From the NCBI GenBank assembly GCA_963804645.1, contig CAWDRG010000009.1, positions 384,001-448,000 of the forward strand: DNA of 64,000 bases, given 5' to 3'. The position numbers were made by a program, and so were the translations under genes. Of the stretch, positions 29,083 through 38,679 are shown in pieces; position 1 is the first letter of the stretch, and every line of letters starts with the position of its first letter. This DNA comes from an uncultured Bacillota bacterium. Lineage in GTDB: Bacteria; Sysuimicrobiota; Sysuimicrobiia; Sysuimicrobiales; Segetimicrobiaceae. The notes under the pieces are model-generated. The model did no database searches. It was given only the letters and a program-made list of their open reading frames with translations, and was not told the origin of the DNA.

Positions 29083-30111
29083 TTAGGCCTGGCGGGCCGT
29101 GAGGCCGAAGACCTCGGCGAGCAGTTCGTGAGACCGGAGGCGCGCCCGGTGGTCGTGCACGACGGTGACGACCATGAGCTCCTCGACCTCGAGCGCCCGC
29201 GCCATCTCGGTGAGCTGCGCGTGGACCCGCTCGGGCGCTCCCACGACGACGCGCGGCCACTCGCCGCCGTCCTCCTCGAGCAGAGGCACCCGGAGTTCAC
29301 CGAGCCTCGCCAACGCCTCTTCGGGGGTCGGAATGGGTCCGCGGTCTCCCGTCTGCCGCAGCAGCCGCCGCAGACGAAGGCTCGCGTGCAGCCGCTGGGC
29401 CTCCGCGTCGGTGTCGGCGCAGATGACGCCGAGCGCCAGAATCATCTGCCCCGCCAGCGACTGTGGATCGGCGGTCACGTGTGTGCGGTAGTACTCGAGC
29501 GACGACCGGGTCGCGTCGGAGTTGATGAAGTGCGCGAACGCGTAGGGCAGCCCGAGTTCGGCCGCGGCGTGCGCGCTCCACGCGCTGGAGCCGAGGAGCC
29601 ACACCGGCGGCGCGCCCGGCATCTGAGGCGTGACCAAAATCTGCCGGAACGGATGGTCCGCGGGAAAGGTCCCGCGGAGGAACGCCAGCAACTCCACCAG
29701 CTGGTCGGGAAAATCGTCCGGCATCTGCCGCTGACGGTCGCGCAGCAGCGCGTAGGCCTCGAGCGGACCGCTGCCGGGCGCGCGTCCGATCCCCAGATCG
29801 ATCCGATCGGGGTACAGCGCGTGCAGCACGCGGAACGTCTCCGCGACCTTGAGCGGACTGTAGTGGGGCAGCAGCACGGCGCCCGAGCCGACGCGGATCG
29901 CGGAGGTCTCCGACGCGACCCGGTCGATGAGGATCTCCGGCGCCGGGCTCGCAAACGCGGGCGTGGCGTGATGCTCCGCGATCCAGTACCGCGTGTAGCC
30001 GAGCCGGTCGGCCGCGCGGGCGAGATCGATCGTATTGTGCAGCGCGTCGGCGGGCGTCGCGCCCGCGGGGACCGGGGATTGATCGACGATCGAGAGCCTC
30101 ACCGGGGGCAT
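29083..30111 (-). CDS. LLM-class flavin-dependent oxidoreductase (luciferase family)
   Basis: LSIVDQSP, RYWIAEHH, RVGSGAVLLPHYSPLKVAE, GIGRAPG, FAHFI. Confidence 0.92.
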   Translation of the reverse strand: MPPVRLSIVDQSPVPAGATPADALHNTIDLARAADRLGYTRYWIAEHHATPAFASPAPEILIDRVASETSAIRVGSGAVLLPHYSPLKVAETFRVLHALYPDRIDLGIGRAPGSGPLEAYALLRDRQRQMPDDFPDQLVELLAFLRGTFPADHPFRQILVTPQMPGAPPVWLLGSSAWSAHAAAELGLPYAFAHFINSDATRSSLEYYRTHVTADPQSLAGQMILALGVICADTDAEAQRLHASLRLRRLLRQTGDRGPIPTPEEALARLGELRVPLLEEDGGEWPRVVVGAPERVHAQLTEMARALEVEELMVVTVVHDHRARLRSHELLAEVFGLTARQA

Positions 30112-30188
30112 GCCTCCCTTCCACCACTGAGTAGATTCTTTCGGGACCGCGCCAATCCCCTGGCGGGAAACAGAGGAGTGATGCCGGT

Positions 30189-31094
30189 ATGACGGTGACG
30201 TCCGCGATCGGCCCGATCGGGATCTGGACGGCGCAGCTCGACACGCAGCCCTCGCGTCTCGCGCAGGCCGCGGTCCGCGACCTCGAGACCCTCGGCTACG
30301 GAGCGGTCTGGTTCCCCGAATCGTTTGGGCGCGAAGCCTTCACGAACGCCGGCCTGCTGCTCGCGGGCAGCCGGCGCATCGTGGCGGCCACCGGGATCGC
30401 CAGCCTCTACGCCCGCGACGCGGTCGCGATGGCAAACGGACAGCGCACCCTGTGCGAGGCGTACCCGGAGCGCTTTCTCTTGGGGATCGGCGTGAGCCAC
30501 GCGCCGGCGGTCGAGCAGATGCGCGGCCACCGCTACGACTCTCCGGTGGCCGCCATGCGGGCATATCTCGACGCCATGGATCGCGCCCCGTTCCGCGCGG
30601 TGGCTCCCCGCACCGCGCCCGAGCGGGTGCTCGCCGCGCTCGGGCCGCGAATGCTGGCCCTGTCCGCGGAGCGCAGCGGCGGCGCCCACACGTACTTCGT
30701 GCCTCCGGAGCACACCGCCCGGGCGCGGGAAATCCTGGGCCCGGGACGGCTGCTCGCGGTGGAGCAGGCCGTGGTCCTGGAGCGGGACGCCGCCACGGCG
30801 CGGGAGATCGCGCGGACGCACACGTCCGGCTACCTCAAGCTCGTCAACTACACAAGCAATCTGCGCCGCCTCGGGTTCGACGAGGCCGACCTGGCCGGCG
30901 GCGGCAGCGACCGCCTGGTCGACGCGATCGTCGGCTGGGGCGCCCTCGACGCCGTGGTGGGCCGGGTGCGTGCCCACCAGGCAGCCGGCGCCGACCACGT
31001 GTGCATCCAGGTCCTGACGGCGGACCGACAGGACCTCCCGACCGCGGCGTGGCGCGAGCTGGCCGGCGCGCTCCTCCCGCCCTCCGCCGCCTAA
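30189..31094 (+). CDS. LLM-class probable F420-dependent oxidoreductase
   Basis: ATGIASLYARD, RFLLGIGVSH, LAALGPRML, EQAVVL, GADHVCIQ. Confidence 0.88.
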   Translation: MTVTSAIGPIGIWTAQLDTQPSRLAQAAVRDLETLGYGAVWFPESFGREAFTNAGLLLAGSRRIVAATGIASLYARDAVAMANGQRTLCEAYPERFLLGIGVSHAPAVEQMRGHRYDSPVAAMRAYLDAMDRAPFRAVAPRTAPERVLAALGPRMLALSAERSGGAHTYFVPPEHTARAREILGPGRLLAVEQAVVLERDAATAREIARTHTSGYLKLVNYTSNLRRLGFDEADLAGGGSDRLVDAIVGWGALDAVVGRVRAHQAAGADHVCIQVLTADRQDLPTAAWRELAGALLPPSAA

Positions 31095-31198
31095 TCCCGC
31101 GCGCGCGGCGCGCATAGGAACCGCTTGGCGCACGCAGAAGATGGTGCGTACTCGGTCCTGCATATCCGCGCGGCCGCCGCGCCGGCAAAGGAGTCGAC

Positions 31199-31591
31199 AT
31201 GAGGATCAACCGAGGCAGGGAGAAGGGAACCCGCTCCAAGCGCCGGTCAGGGACGTTCACCGGCACGGTCTGGGGCGACGAGGTGCTCACCGACCCGAAC
31301 GGCAAGGTCACGGTCGGCAGCGTCTTTTTCGAGCCCGGCGCCCGGACCTACTGGCACCGCCACACCGAAGGACAAGTGCTCTACGTCACCCACGGCCAGG
31401 GCCGCGTCCGCTCCCGCGACGGCAGCGGCGGCACGATCGCGGCGGGCGACGTGGTCCACATCGCGCCCGGCGAGGAGCACTGGCACGGCGCCGGGCCGGA
31501 CAGCTTCATGCTCCACCACGCGATCACGATCGGGAAGAGCGACTGGCTGACGGAAGTCAGCGACGAGGAGTACAACAAAGCGTTCACGTAA
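31199..31591 (+). CDS. Cupin domain protein
   Basis: FEPGARTYWHRHTEGQ, GEEHWHGA. Confidence 0.9.
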   Translation: MRINRGREKGTRSKRRSGTFTGTVWGDEVLTDPNGKVTVGSVFFEPGARTYWHRHTEGQVLYVTHGQGRVRSRDGSGGTIAAGDVVHIAPGEEHWHGAGPDSFMLHHAITIGKSDWLTEVSDEEYNKAFT

Positions 31592-31687
31592 CCGCCGGGC
31601 TCCGCCGAGAGCCTTCGCGCGGCATCCTCGGGCCCGACGCGCGATGCCGCGGTGACCCGGACAACTGCGCGATCGCGGGGCCAACCG

Positions 31688-32524
31688 ATGACGGACCGCC
31701 GCCGGACCGATCCCCACGTCGAGACCAATCGCACCACGTGGGATGCGTGGGCAGCGCTGCATGTGGGATCCTCGTTCTACGACGTCGAGGGGTTCAAGGC
31801 CGGGCGCCGCAGCCGCGACGGCCTCGACGCGCTGGAGGTGCGCCTCCTCGGCGACGTCTCGGGCAAGTCGCTCCTCCACCTCCAATGCCACATCGGACTC
31901 GACACGATCGCCTGGGCCCGGCGCGGGGCGGCCGCGACCGGCGTGGACTTCTCCCCGCAGGCGATCGCGGCCGCGCGGGCGCTCGCCGCCGAGCTCGGGG
32001 TGACCGCCGCGTTCATCGAGAGCGACCTCTACGATCTGCCCGAGCGCCTCACCGGCACGTTCGACATCGTGTTCACGTCCCACGGGGTGCTGCCCTGGCT
32101 GCCCGACCTCGACGCATGGGGGCGCGTCATCGCCCACTTTCTCCGCCCGGGGGGCACGTTCTGCATCATCGAGGGCCACCCGTTTGCGATGGTGTTCGAT
32201 GATACCGCGCCCGCGGCAGAGCTGCGTCCGTCGGAACCGTACTTCCACGCGCCGGCGCCGATGCGGTCGGAGCGGCGCGGCTCGTACGCCGTCCCGGACG
32301 CGCCGATGCACAGCGTCACGTACCAGTGGGCGCACTCGATCGCGGACATCCTGGGCGGGCTCCTGCGCGCGGGCCTGCGCATGGAGACGTTCGAGGAGTA
32401 CCCCTACGTGGGGTGGGCGATGTTTCCCTGGATGGTCGAGCGGGCGGACGGGACCTGGGAGCTTCCGGACGGGGCGCGGGCCATTCCGCTGATGTTTTCG
32501 CTCACCGCCTCGAAACCGCGATGA
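31688..32524 (+). CDS. Class I SAM-dependent methyltransferase
   Basis: LLHLQCHIGLDT, GVDFS, FDIVFTSHG, WLPDL. Confidence 0.9.
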   Translation: MTDRRRTDPHVETNRTTWDAWAALHVGSSFYDVEGFKAGRRSRDGLDALEVRLLGDVSGKSLLHLQCHIGLDTIAWARRGAAATGVDFSPQAIAAARALAAELGVTAAFIESDLYDLPERLTGTFDIVFTSHGVLPWLPDLDAWGRVIAHFLRPGGTFCIIEGHPFAMVFDDTAPAAELRPSEPYFHAPAPMRSERRGSYAVPDAPMHSVTYQWAHSIADILGGLLRAGLRMETFEEYPYVGWAMFPWMVERADGTWELPDGARAIPLMFSLTASKPR

Positions 32525-33711
32525 GCACCGCGTCGCGCGCCGTCGGCGGCGCGCCGCTCCCCGACCGGGCGCCCGCGCTGCGCATCGCGGACGGGACCGG
32601 CGCGCACCGCGCCGTCGACGCCGTCGACGCCCGCGGGAGAGCGGCTCGGATCGCCTCCGTCGACGTGTTCCGCGGCCTCGTGATCGCCGGCATGCTCGTC
32701 GTCAACAACCTGGTGTGGACGTCGAGCACGCCGCGGCAGCTGATGCACGCGCCGTGGGGCCAAGGAGTCACCTTCACCGATATGATCCTTCCCTGGTTCG
32801 TCTTCATCCTCGGGGTCGCGATTCCGCTCAGCGCACGCGTCGATCGTTCGCGCCTCGCGCGCGCGCTGCGCGTGGCGCGCAGGGCGGTGCTGCTCGTGGT
32901 GCTCGGCATCGCCATTGACACCGTGGAGTACCACGGGGTGACGGTGGGCATGGACGTGCTCCAGCTGCTGGGACTGTCGTATCTCGCGGCGGTGCTGCTC
33001 GCCCGCACGCCAGTCTGGACGCGCCTGGCCGTCGGCGCCGCGCTGCTCGCGGGGTACGGCGTCCTCCTCATGCGGGTCCCCGCGCCGGGCTACGCGCCCG
33101 GCGTGTTCGACGCCCGCCACAACATCGTGCAGTACCTGAACGATGCCTATCTCGTGCGCTACGATCTCGCGGGCGTGCTCGCGGTCGCTCCGGCGGCCGC
33201 GCTCGCGCTCCTCGGCACCGCCGCGGGCACGCTGCTGCGCGCCGCTGCCGTCTCGGAGCGGGTCAAGATCGCCGTGTTCGCGGCCGTGGGCGCAGCACTC
33301 ACGTATGCGGGGCTGTGGTGGGGACACGCGCTCCCGCTCAGCAAGGATCTGTGGACGCCCTCCTACACGGTGGCGGCGGGGGGGCTCGGCCTGCTGGGGC
33401 TCGCCGGCTGCCACCTGCTGTGCGGCAGCGCACGCCTCCGGCCGCTCGGGTTTCCGTTCGCGGTGCTGGGCGCGAACGCGATCGTCGGCTACGTCGCGTC
33501 CGCCGTGGTCGCGATCACGCTGATCGAGTACACGTGGCGTGATCCCTGGTCGCCCAACCGGATCCTGTCGCTGCACACGACCCTGCTCGATCCGCTCGGC
33601 CGCGCGGTGGGCACGGCCGCGGCGGGATGGCTCTATACCGCGGCGGTCGTCGTCTGGTGGTGGCTCGTCCTGTGGGTGCTCTACCGGAGGCGCGTATTTA
33701 TCCGCGTGTGA
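32521..33711 (+). CDS. Membrane acyltransferase, heparan-alpha-glucosaminide N-acetyltransferase/NagX-like
   Basis: RIASVDVFRGL...MLVVN, HAPW, TFTD..PWF, KDLWTPSY; multi-pass membrane protein. Confidence 0.8.
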   Translation: MSTASRAVGGAPLPDRAPALRIADGTGAHRAVDAVDARGRAARIASVDVFRGLVIAGMLVVNNLVWTSSTPRQLMHAPWGQGVTFTDMILPWFVFILGVAIPLSARVDRSRLARALRVARRAVLLVVLGIAIDTVEYHGVTVGMDVLQLLGLSYLAAVLLARTPVWTRLAVGAALLAGYGVLLMRVPAPGYAPGVFDARHNIVQYLNDAYLVRYDLAGVLAVAPAAALALLGTAAGTLLRAAAVSERVKIAVFAAVGAALTYAGLWWGHALPLSKDLWTPSYTVAAGGLGLLGLAGCHLLCGSARLRPLGFPFAVLGANAIVGYVASAVVAITLIEYTWRDPWSPNRILSLHTTLLDPLGRAVGTAAAGWLYTAAVVVWWWLVLWVLYRRRVFIRV

Positions 33712-33720
33712 GCCCGCTCG

Positions 33721-34479
33721 TCAGGACGGCTTCCACGGCAGCGCGCGGTGCTCCAGCCAGTCGAGGCCCGCGGTGGCGACCCAGCCCAGGATCGCCGTCA
33801 CGAGCAGCCCCGCGAACATCGCGTTGATATCGAAGATCTGGTACGACCGCCAGATGAGATAGCCGATCCCGCTGGTCGAGCCCAGCAGCTCGGCGCCCAC
33901 GATCACGATCAGCGCAAAGCCCATCCCGAGCTTGAGCCCCGTGAAGATCTGCGGGAGCGCCCCGGGCAGCGCCACCGTGACGAACATCGACCACGCGCTG
34001 GCGCGGTACGCGCGCGCGATGCGGAAGTAGGCGGGATCGATCGCCAGCACCCCGGCCATCGTGCTCAGCAGCACGAGAAAGAAGATGCTCACGGCCACGA
34101 TGCCGATCTTGGACGCCTCCCCGATCCCCAGATAGAAGATGATCAGCGGGTACACCGCGATCTTCGGGATCGGGTACACCGCCGACACGAGCGGCATGAG
34201 CGCCGCCCGCACCGGCCGGCTCAGCCCCATCGTGAGACCGACCGCCACCGCGGGCACCGCGCCGAGCAAAAATCCGAAGACGATCCGCCGGACGCTCACG
34301 AACGTGTGGTAGGGGAGCTCGCCGGTGCGCGTCATCGCCGCCATCGTGTGCAGCACGGTCGTGGGCGCGGGAATGAATCGCGGATCGAGGACGCCGAAGC
34401 GGCAGCAGGCCTCCCAGATCGCCAGGAAGCCGAGCGGCGACAGCACCGCGAGTGCCCGGTCGGCCCCGCGCCCGCTCAC
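33721..34479 (-). CDS. NitT/TauT-type ABC transporter permease
   Basis: PIPKIAVYPL, ALPGALPQIFTGLKLG, AELLG; GTGA overlap with the ATPase stop. Confidence 0.9.
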   Translation of the reverse strand: MSGRGADRALAVLSPLGFLAIWEACCRFGVLDPRFIPAPTTVLHTMAAMTRTGELPYHTFVSVRRIVFGFLLGAVPAVAVGLTMGLSRPVRAALMPLVSAVYPIPKIAVYPLIIFYLGIGEASKIGIVAVSIFFLVLLSTMAGVLAIDPAYFRIARAYRASAWSMFVTVALPGALPQIFTGLKLGMGFALIVIVGAELLGSTSGIGYLIWRSYQIFDINAMFAGLLVTAILGWVATAGLDWLEHRALPWKPS

Positions 34480-35255
34480 GAGCGCGCCACATCGAGGGTG
34501 CCCTCGAGTTCGTCCCACAGACGGGCGGTCAGGGCGCCGTACACCGGCGTCTCGCGGATCTCGCGGTAGCCGCGCGGCCTCCCGAGCGGCACCGGCACCT
34601 CCGACTTGATCCGGCCGGGCCGGGCGGTCATCACGAGCACGCGGTCGGCCAGGCGCACCGCCTCGTCGAGCCCGTGCGTGACGAACAGGATGGTCTTGCG
34701 GCTCTCCTCCCACAAACGCAGCAGTTCATCCTGCAGGTGGAGGCGCGTCTGCTCGTCGAGGCTGCCGAACGGCTCGTCCATCAGCAGCACGTCCGGATCC
34801 GTCGCGAACGCGCGCGCGATGCTCACGCGCTGGCGCATGCCCTCCGAGAGCTGCGCGGGATACGCGTCGCGAAACGCACTCAGCCCGACGCGCGCCAGGT
34901 GGTGCTCGGCGCTCCGGCGGCATTCCGCAGGCGGCACGCCCTGGACGCGGAGTCCGTACGCGACATTCTGCAGCGCGGTCATCCACGGAAACGTGCTGAC
35001 GCCCTGAAACACGACCGCGGTCGCGAGCCGGCCGTGCCCGGCCTGCGGCATCGCCACGCTGCCCGAGGTCGGCGCGAGGAGCCCGGCGAGCACGTGCAGG
35101 AGCGTCGTCTTCCCGCACCCCGACGGGCCGATGACCGCGCAGAATTCCCCCGCCGGCACCGCGAACGAGACGTCCTCGAGCGCGGCCACGGGCCCGTGCG
35201 CTCCGCGATAGACCTGCGTAAGCCCGGAGACGTGAATCTCGGCGGGGCCGGTCAC
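34476..35255 (-). CDS. NitT/TauT-type ABC transporter ATP-binding protein
   Basis: GPSGCGKTT, LSEGMRQR, MDEPF, VTH. Confidence 0.92.
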   Translation of the reverse strand: MTGPAEIHVSGLTQVYRGAHGPVAALEDVSFAVPAGEFCAVIGPSGCGKTTLLHVLAGLLAPTSGSVAMPQAGHGRLATAVVFQGVSTFPWMTALQNVAYGLRVQGVPPAECRRSAEHHLARVGLSAFRDAYPAQLSEGMRQRVSIARAFATDPDVLLMDEPFGSLDEQTRLHLQDELLRLWEESRKTILFVTHGLDEAVRLADRVLVMTARPGRIKSEVPVPLGRPRGYREIRETPVYGALTARLWDELEGTLDVARS

Positions 35256-36280
35256 GCGGCCGGCGGCGAGAACGGCCCGACGATCTTGAGCGCCTGCTCC
35301 ACGAACGCGGTGCTGATGTACGCGGACGCCGGCAGCGGGTGATCGTACGTGAGCTCGCCGCGGTTCTTGAAGAACTCCTGCAGCCGCGCGAAGTCATTCG
35401 TGTTCATCTTGCCGTTCGGCTGGTGGTAGGGCGGCCGGGCCCGCTTCACGACGTCCGCGGGAACACCCGTGTACTTCTGCACGATCAGGGCGACGTCGTC
35501 CCGGCTGTAGCCGCCGCCGTACAGGTAGCGGCACGCCCGCAGCCACGCCGCCATGAAGCCCGCAGCCTCGCGGGGATGCGCGCGCATGAACGGGCCGCCG
35601 AAGTAGACCGCGGTGACCTGGACGTTGTCGATGAAGTCCTGGCTGAGGCGCACGATCTGCCCCCGATCCTCCGCGAGCGTGGTGAGCGGCTCCCCCAGCA
35701 TCGCGCCCGCGATCGCGCCGTTTGCCAGCGCCGCGGGCACGTCGGGAAAGTTCACCTCCACCAGCTGCACCTGGTCCATGGTGAGGCCGCCCTTCAGCAG
35801 CGCTGCGTTCAACCAGAACTCCGTCGCCGAGCCGATGGCGTTCACGGCCACCCGCTTCCCGCGGAGGTCGCGCACCGTCTGGTACTGACCCCGCTGGTAC
35901 GCGCCGCGGTCCACGACCAGCGGCGTGCTCACTGGGGGCCGCTCCGAGTGCGCGGGGCCGACGACCTTGAAATCCAGCTGGCGGTCGGCCGCGTTGAACA
36001 GCGCCGCGCCGAGCCCGCCGACCGCGGCCTCCGCGCGCCCGCTCGCCAGCACGGCGAACGTGGACGTCCCGCCGGGCGTCCCGATCAGCTGGGCCTCGAT
36101 GCCCTCGTCACGAAAATAGCCCCGCTCGATGGCCACGAACAGCGGCGCGAAGATCAGGACCGGCGTGTAGACGACGTTGATGCGCAGCGGCGGCGTCTGA
36201 CCGAGCGCCCGCGCTGGCGCCAGCAGCCCGCCGGCGGCGAGCCCGAGGGACGCTCCCAGGAATGCGCGGCGCGTCAGCAT
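35252..36280 (-). CDS. NitT/TauT (SsuA/NMT1-like) ABC substrate-binding protein with Tat-like signal
   Basis: MLTRRAFLG twin-arginine signal; APLFVAIERGYF, DLRGKRVA; alternative GTG start at 36289. Confidence 0.85.
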   Translation of the reverse strand: MLTRRAFLGASLGLAAGGLLAPARALGQTPPLRINVVYTPVLIFAPLFVAIERGYFRDEGIEAQLIGTPGGTSTFAVLASGRAEAAVGGLGAALFNAADRQLDFKVVGPAHSERPPVSTPLVVDRGAYQRGQYQTVRDLRGKRVAVNAIGSATEFWLNAALLKGGLTMDQVQLVEVNFPDVPAALANGAIAGAMLGEPLTTLAEDRGQIVRLSQDFIDNVQVTAVYFGGPFMRAHPREAAGFMAAWLRACRYLYGGGYSRDDVALIVQKYTGVPADVVKRARPPYHQPNGKMNTNDFARLQEFFKNRGELTYDHPLPASAYISTAFVEQALKIVGPFSPPAA

Positions 36281-36285
36281 CGCCG

Positions 36286-36921
36286 TCACGCCTCCGTCCG
36301 ACGCCCGCGTCCGGCCGGCCGCCCCGGCGCGCGCTCGCCCGCGCCGATGCTGCGGAGCAGAAACGCGCGCAGCGGGGGGAGCTGATCTGCGAGACGGCCG
36401 TGTCCCGTCGCCAACCATTGGGTGATCACCTCGTTGAGAACGCCGAGCCACGCCCTCGCGGCCAGCGCCGTGTCTTGTTGCGGGATGGATCCCTCATCGG
36501 CGGCGTGATCCAGGTGACGCTGGATCAGCGCCGCGAACCGACGGTGCACGTCGAGGCGCTTCTGCTCGAAGTCGGGTCCGAGGCCGACGGCCTCCACGAG
36601 CAGGATCTTCACGAGCCCGCGCTGCGCGTCCGCGGTCTCGAGCACGACCCGCAGCGCCGCTTCGACCTTGGCGAGCGCGCCGCGCTCCTCCGCGATCGAT
36701 GCCTCGACGCCGCGCTCGACCAGCGCGCCGAGGATGTCCACGAGTGTGATGAAGATCGCTTGCTTGCTCGCGAAGTAATGATAGAACGCGCCCTTCGAAG
36801 TCTCGGACGCGGCCACGACGTCGTCGACGGACGCCGCGTGGTAGCCCTTCGACGCAAACACGTCCATCGCGGCCTGGATCAGGCGGTCGCGGGTCGGCGT
36901 TTCGGCTGTCGATCGCCCCAT
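36286..36921 (-). CDS. TetR/AcrR family transcriptional regulator
   Basis: TRDRLIQAAMDVFASKGYHAASVDDV...SKGAFYHYFASK. Confidence 0.93.
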   Translation of the reverse strand: MGRSTAETPTRDRLIQAAMDVFASKGYHAASVDDVVAASETSKGAFYHYFASKQAIFITLVDILGALVERGVEASIAEERGALAKVEAALRVVLETADAQRGLVKILLVEAVGLGPDFEQKRLDVHRRFAALIQRHLDHAADEGSIPQQDTALAARAWLGVLNEVITQWLATGHGRLADQLPPLRAFLLRSIGAGERAPGRPAGRGRRTEA

Positions 36922-36935
36922 CGTGTACTCCTATA

Positions 36936-36955
36936 TAGACCGACGCGTCGGTCTA
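36936..36955. promoter_or_regulatory. Perfect 20-bp palindrome, probable TetR operator
   Basis: TAGACCGACGCGTCGGTCTA lies between the -10 box and the tetR RBS. Confidence 0.75.
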
Positions 36956-36985
36956 AGTATAGACAGGGCCGGCTTCGGGTGTCAA
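36956..36985 (-). promoter_or_regulatory. Sigma70 promoter of the tetR-ABC operon
   Basis: Minus strand TTGACA-18 nt-TATACT. Confidence 0.7.
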
Positions 36986-37139
36986 TCCAGTCGAGAAAGC
37001 GGGCCGCGTAAGCCCGCCCGGCCGCCTTCGTGTGGAGGGAAATGACCGCGAAAGCGGCAACCATGTCGGGGAGGGCCGCCGCCGCGCACCGTGGCAGGGC
37101 CGGCCCAAGATCCCCACCCACAGCGTGGAGGAACAACAC

Positions 37140-37994
37140 ATGTCGAGCGGTCAAGCGAGACCGCGTGCGCTCATCACCGGGGCGTCCGCCGGGATTGGAA
37201 CGGCGTACGCGGAGCGGCTGGCACGCGATGGGTACGACGTGGTGCTGGTCGCGCGCCGGCGCGAGCGGCTCGAGGAGCTAGCCGCGCGGCTGCAGCGCGA
37301 GACGGGCGGGCGTGCCGAGGTCCTCGCGGCCGATCTCACGGACGCGAAGGCGCTCGGGCGGGTGGAGGCGCGCGTCGCCGATGACGAGGCGCTGGCGCTC
37401 GTGGTCAACAACGCGGGCTTCGGCGCGTATCGTCCATTCGCCGAGGTCGAGCCGGCGGTAATCGACTCGCTCATCAACATCCACATCCGCGCGGTCGCGC
37501 GGCTGACCCGGGCCGCCCTGCCCGGCATGATCCGCCGCGGATCGGGCGGCATCATCAACGTCGCGTCCCTGCTCGCGCTCAGCGGATCGATCCCGGCAAA
37601 CCCGCAGCCGTTGCACGGCGCCGTGGCCCCGGCGCATCCACCGTTGCCGTACCGGGCCACCTACGCCGGCGCGAAGGCGTTCATAGTGGTCTTCACGGAG
37701 GCCCTCGCGGGCGAGTTGACCGGCACCGGGGTCCGCGTGCAGGCGTGCCTGCCCGGAATGGTGGCGACGGAGTTCCATACGGTGCAGGGAATGGACGCCA
37801 GCAACCGGCCGAGGATGGCGGCGGCGGACGTGGTCACGGCGTCGCTCGCCGCGCTCGCGCGGGGAGAAGTCGTCTGCGTCCCATCACTCGGCGATCCCGA
37901 ACCGATCGCGCGGCTCACCGAGGTGCAGCGGGAGGTGCTTCGGAGCGCGTTCACGCCGGTGCTCGCGCGACGCTACCAGCCCGGCAACACCTAG
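37140..37994 (+). CDS. SDR family oxidoreductase
   Basis: TGASAGIG, NNAGFG, YAGAK; GGAGG RBS before ATG 37140. Confidence 0.9.
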   Translation: MSSGQARPRALITGASAGIGTAYAERLARDGYDVVLVARRRERLEELAARLQRETGGRAEVLAADLTDAKALGRVEARVADDEALALVVNNAGFGAYRPFAEVEPAVIDSLINIHIRAVARLTRAALPGMIRRGSGGIINVASLLALSGSIPANPQPLHGAVAPAHPPLPYRATYAGAKAFIVVFTEALAGELTGTGVRVQACLPGMVATEFHTVQGMDASNRPRMAAADVVTASLAALARGEVVCVPSLGDPEPIARLTEVQREVLRSAFTPVLARRYQPGNT

Positions 37995-38081
37995 CACGCG
38001 CGGGTGCGCAAGGATCTCGACGACGCAAGCGCCAATGCAGTTCACCATACCAAATCGATCTCATGAACGTCTGGAGGAATC

Positions 38082-38549
38082 ATGGACGCGCGAAGTCTGC
38101 TTCAGGAACAGCTGGCGGGAAGCCAGCAGATGATCAAGTACTCCCTCGGAGACATCTCGGACCAGGATGCGCGACGCATGCCGAATCCAACGCTGTCGCC
38201 CATCATCTGGCAGGTCGGCCACCTCGCCAACGTGAACGCCGCCTTCCTCGCGCGGGCAGGCGTGACGGCGAAAATACCCGACAACTACCCCGCGCTGTTC
38301 AAGGGCGGCTCCGGCGGACAGGCTGCGTATCCGCCGCTCGAGGAGGTCGTCCGGGTGCTGGACGACACGCACGGCGCGCTCATGGCCGCGGTCGCCGAGG
38401 CCGACCTTGAAGCCGCGAACGAGGGCCCGCGCGGCTTGTGGAAGAACCTCGGGGGCATGTTCGCGTTCGTGAACGCTCACCGCTGGTACCACGTGGGCAA
38501 GATCACGTCGCTGAGGGCGCTGCTCGAGAAGCCCAGATTGTTCGGATAG
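38082..38549 (+). CDS. DinB family protein
   Basis: WQVGHLA...HRWYHVGKI His pattern; GGAGG RBS. Confidence 0.85.
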   Translation: MDARSLLQEQLAGSQQMIKYSLGDISDQDARRMPNPTLSPIIWQVGHLANVNAAFLARAGVTAKIPDNYPALFKGGSGGQAAYPPLEEVVRVLDDTHGALMAAVAEADLEAANEGPRGLWKNLGGMFAFVNAHRWYHVGKITSLRALLEKPRLFG

Positions 38550-38567
38550 ACTGCGCAGCGGGTCGGA

Positions 38568-38602
38568 GCGAAGGCCGCCGGGCGGTACCCGGCGGCCTTC
38601 GC
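38568..38602. terminator. Perfect 15-bp hairpin after the DinB gene
   Basis: GCGAAGGCCGCCGGG-CGGTA-CCCGGCGGCCTTCGC; no clear U-tract. Confidence 0.55.
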
Positions 38603-38679
38603 GCGTGTCTGCAGCCGGCCAAGGCAGGAGCCGAACCCGGCGGGCGCGTATCCTCCGGCGCGACTCGGAGGACACCCGC

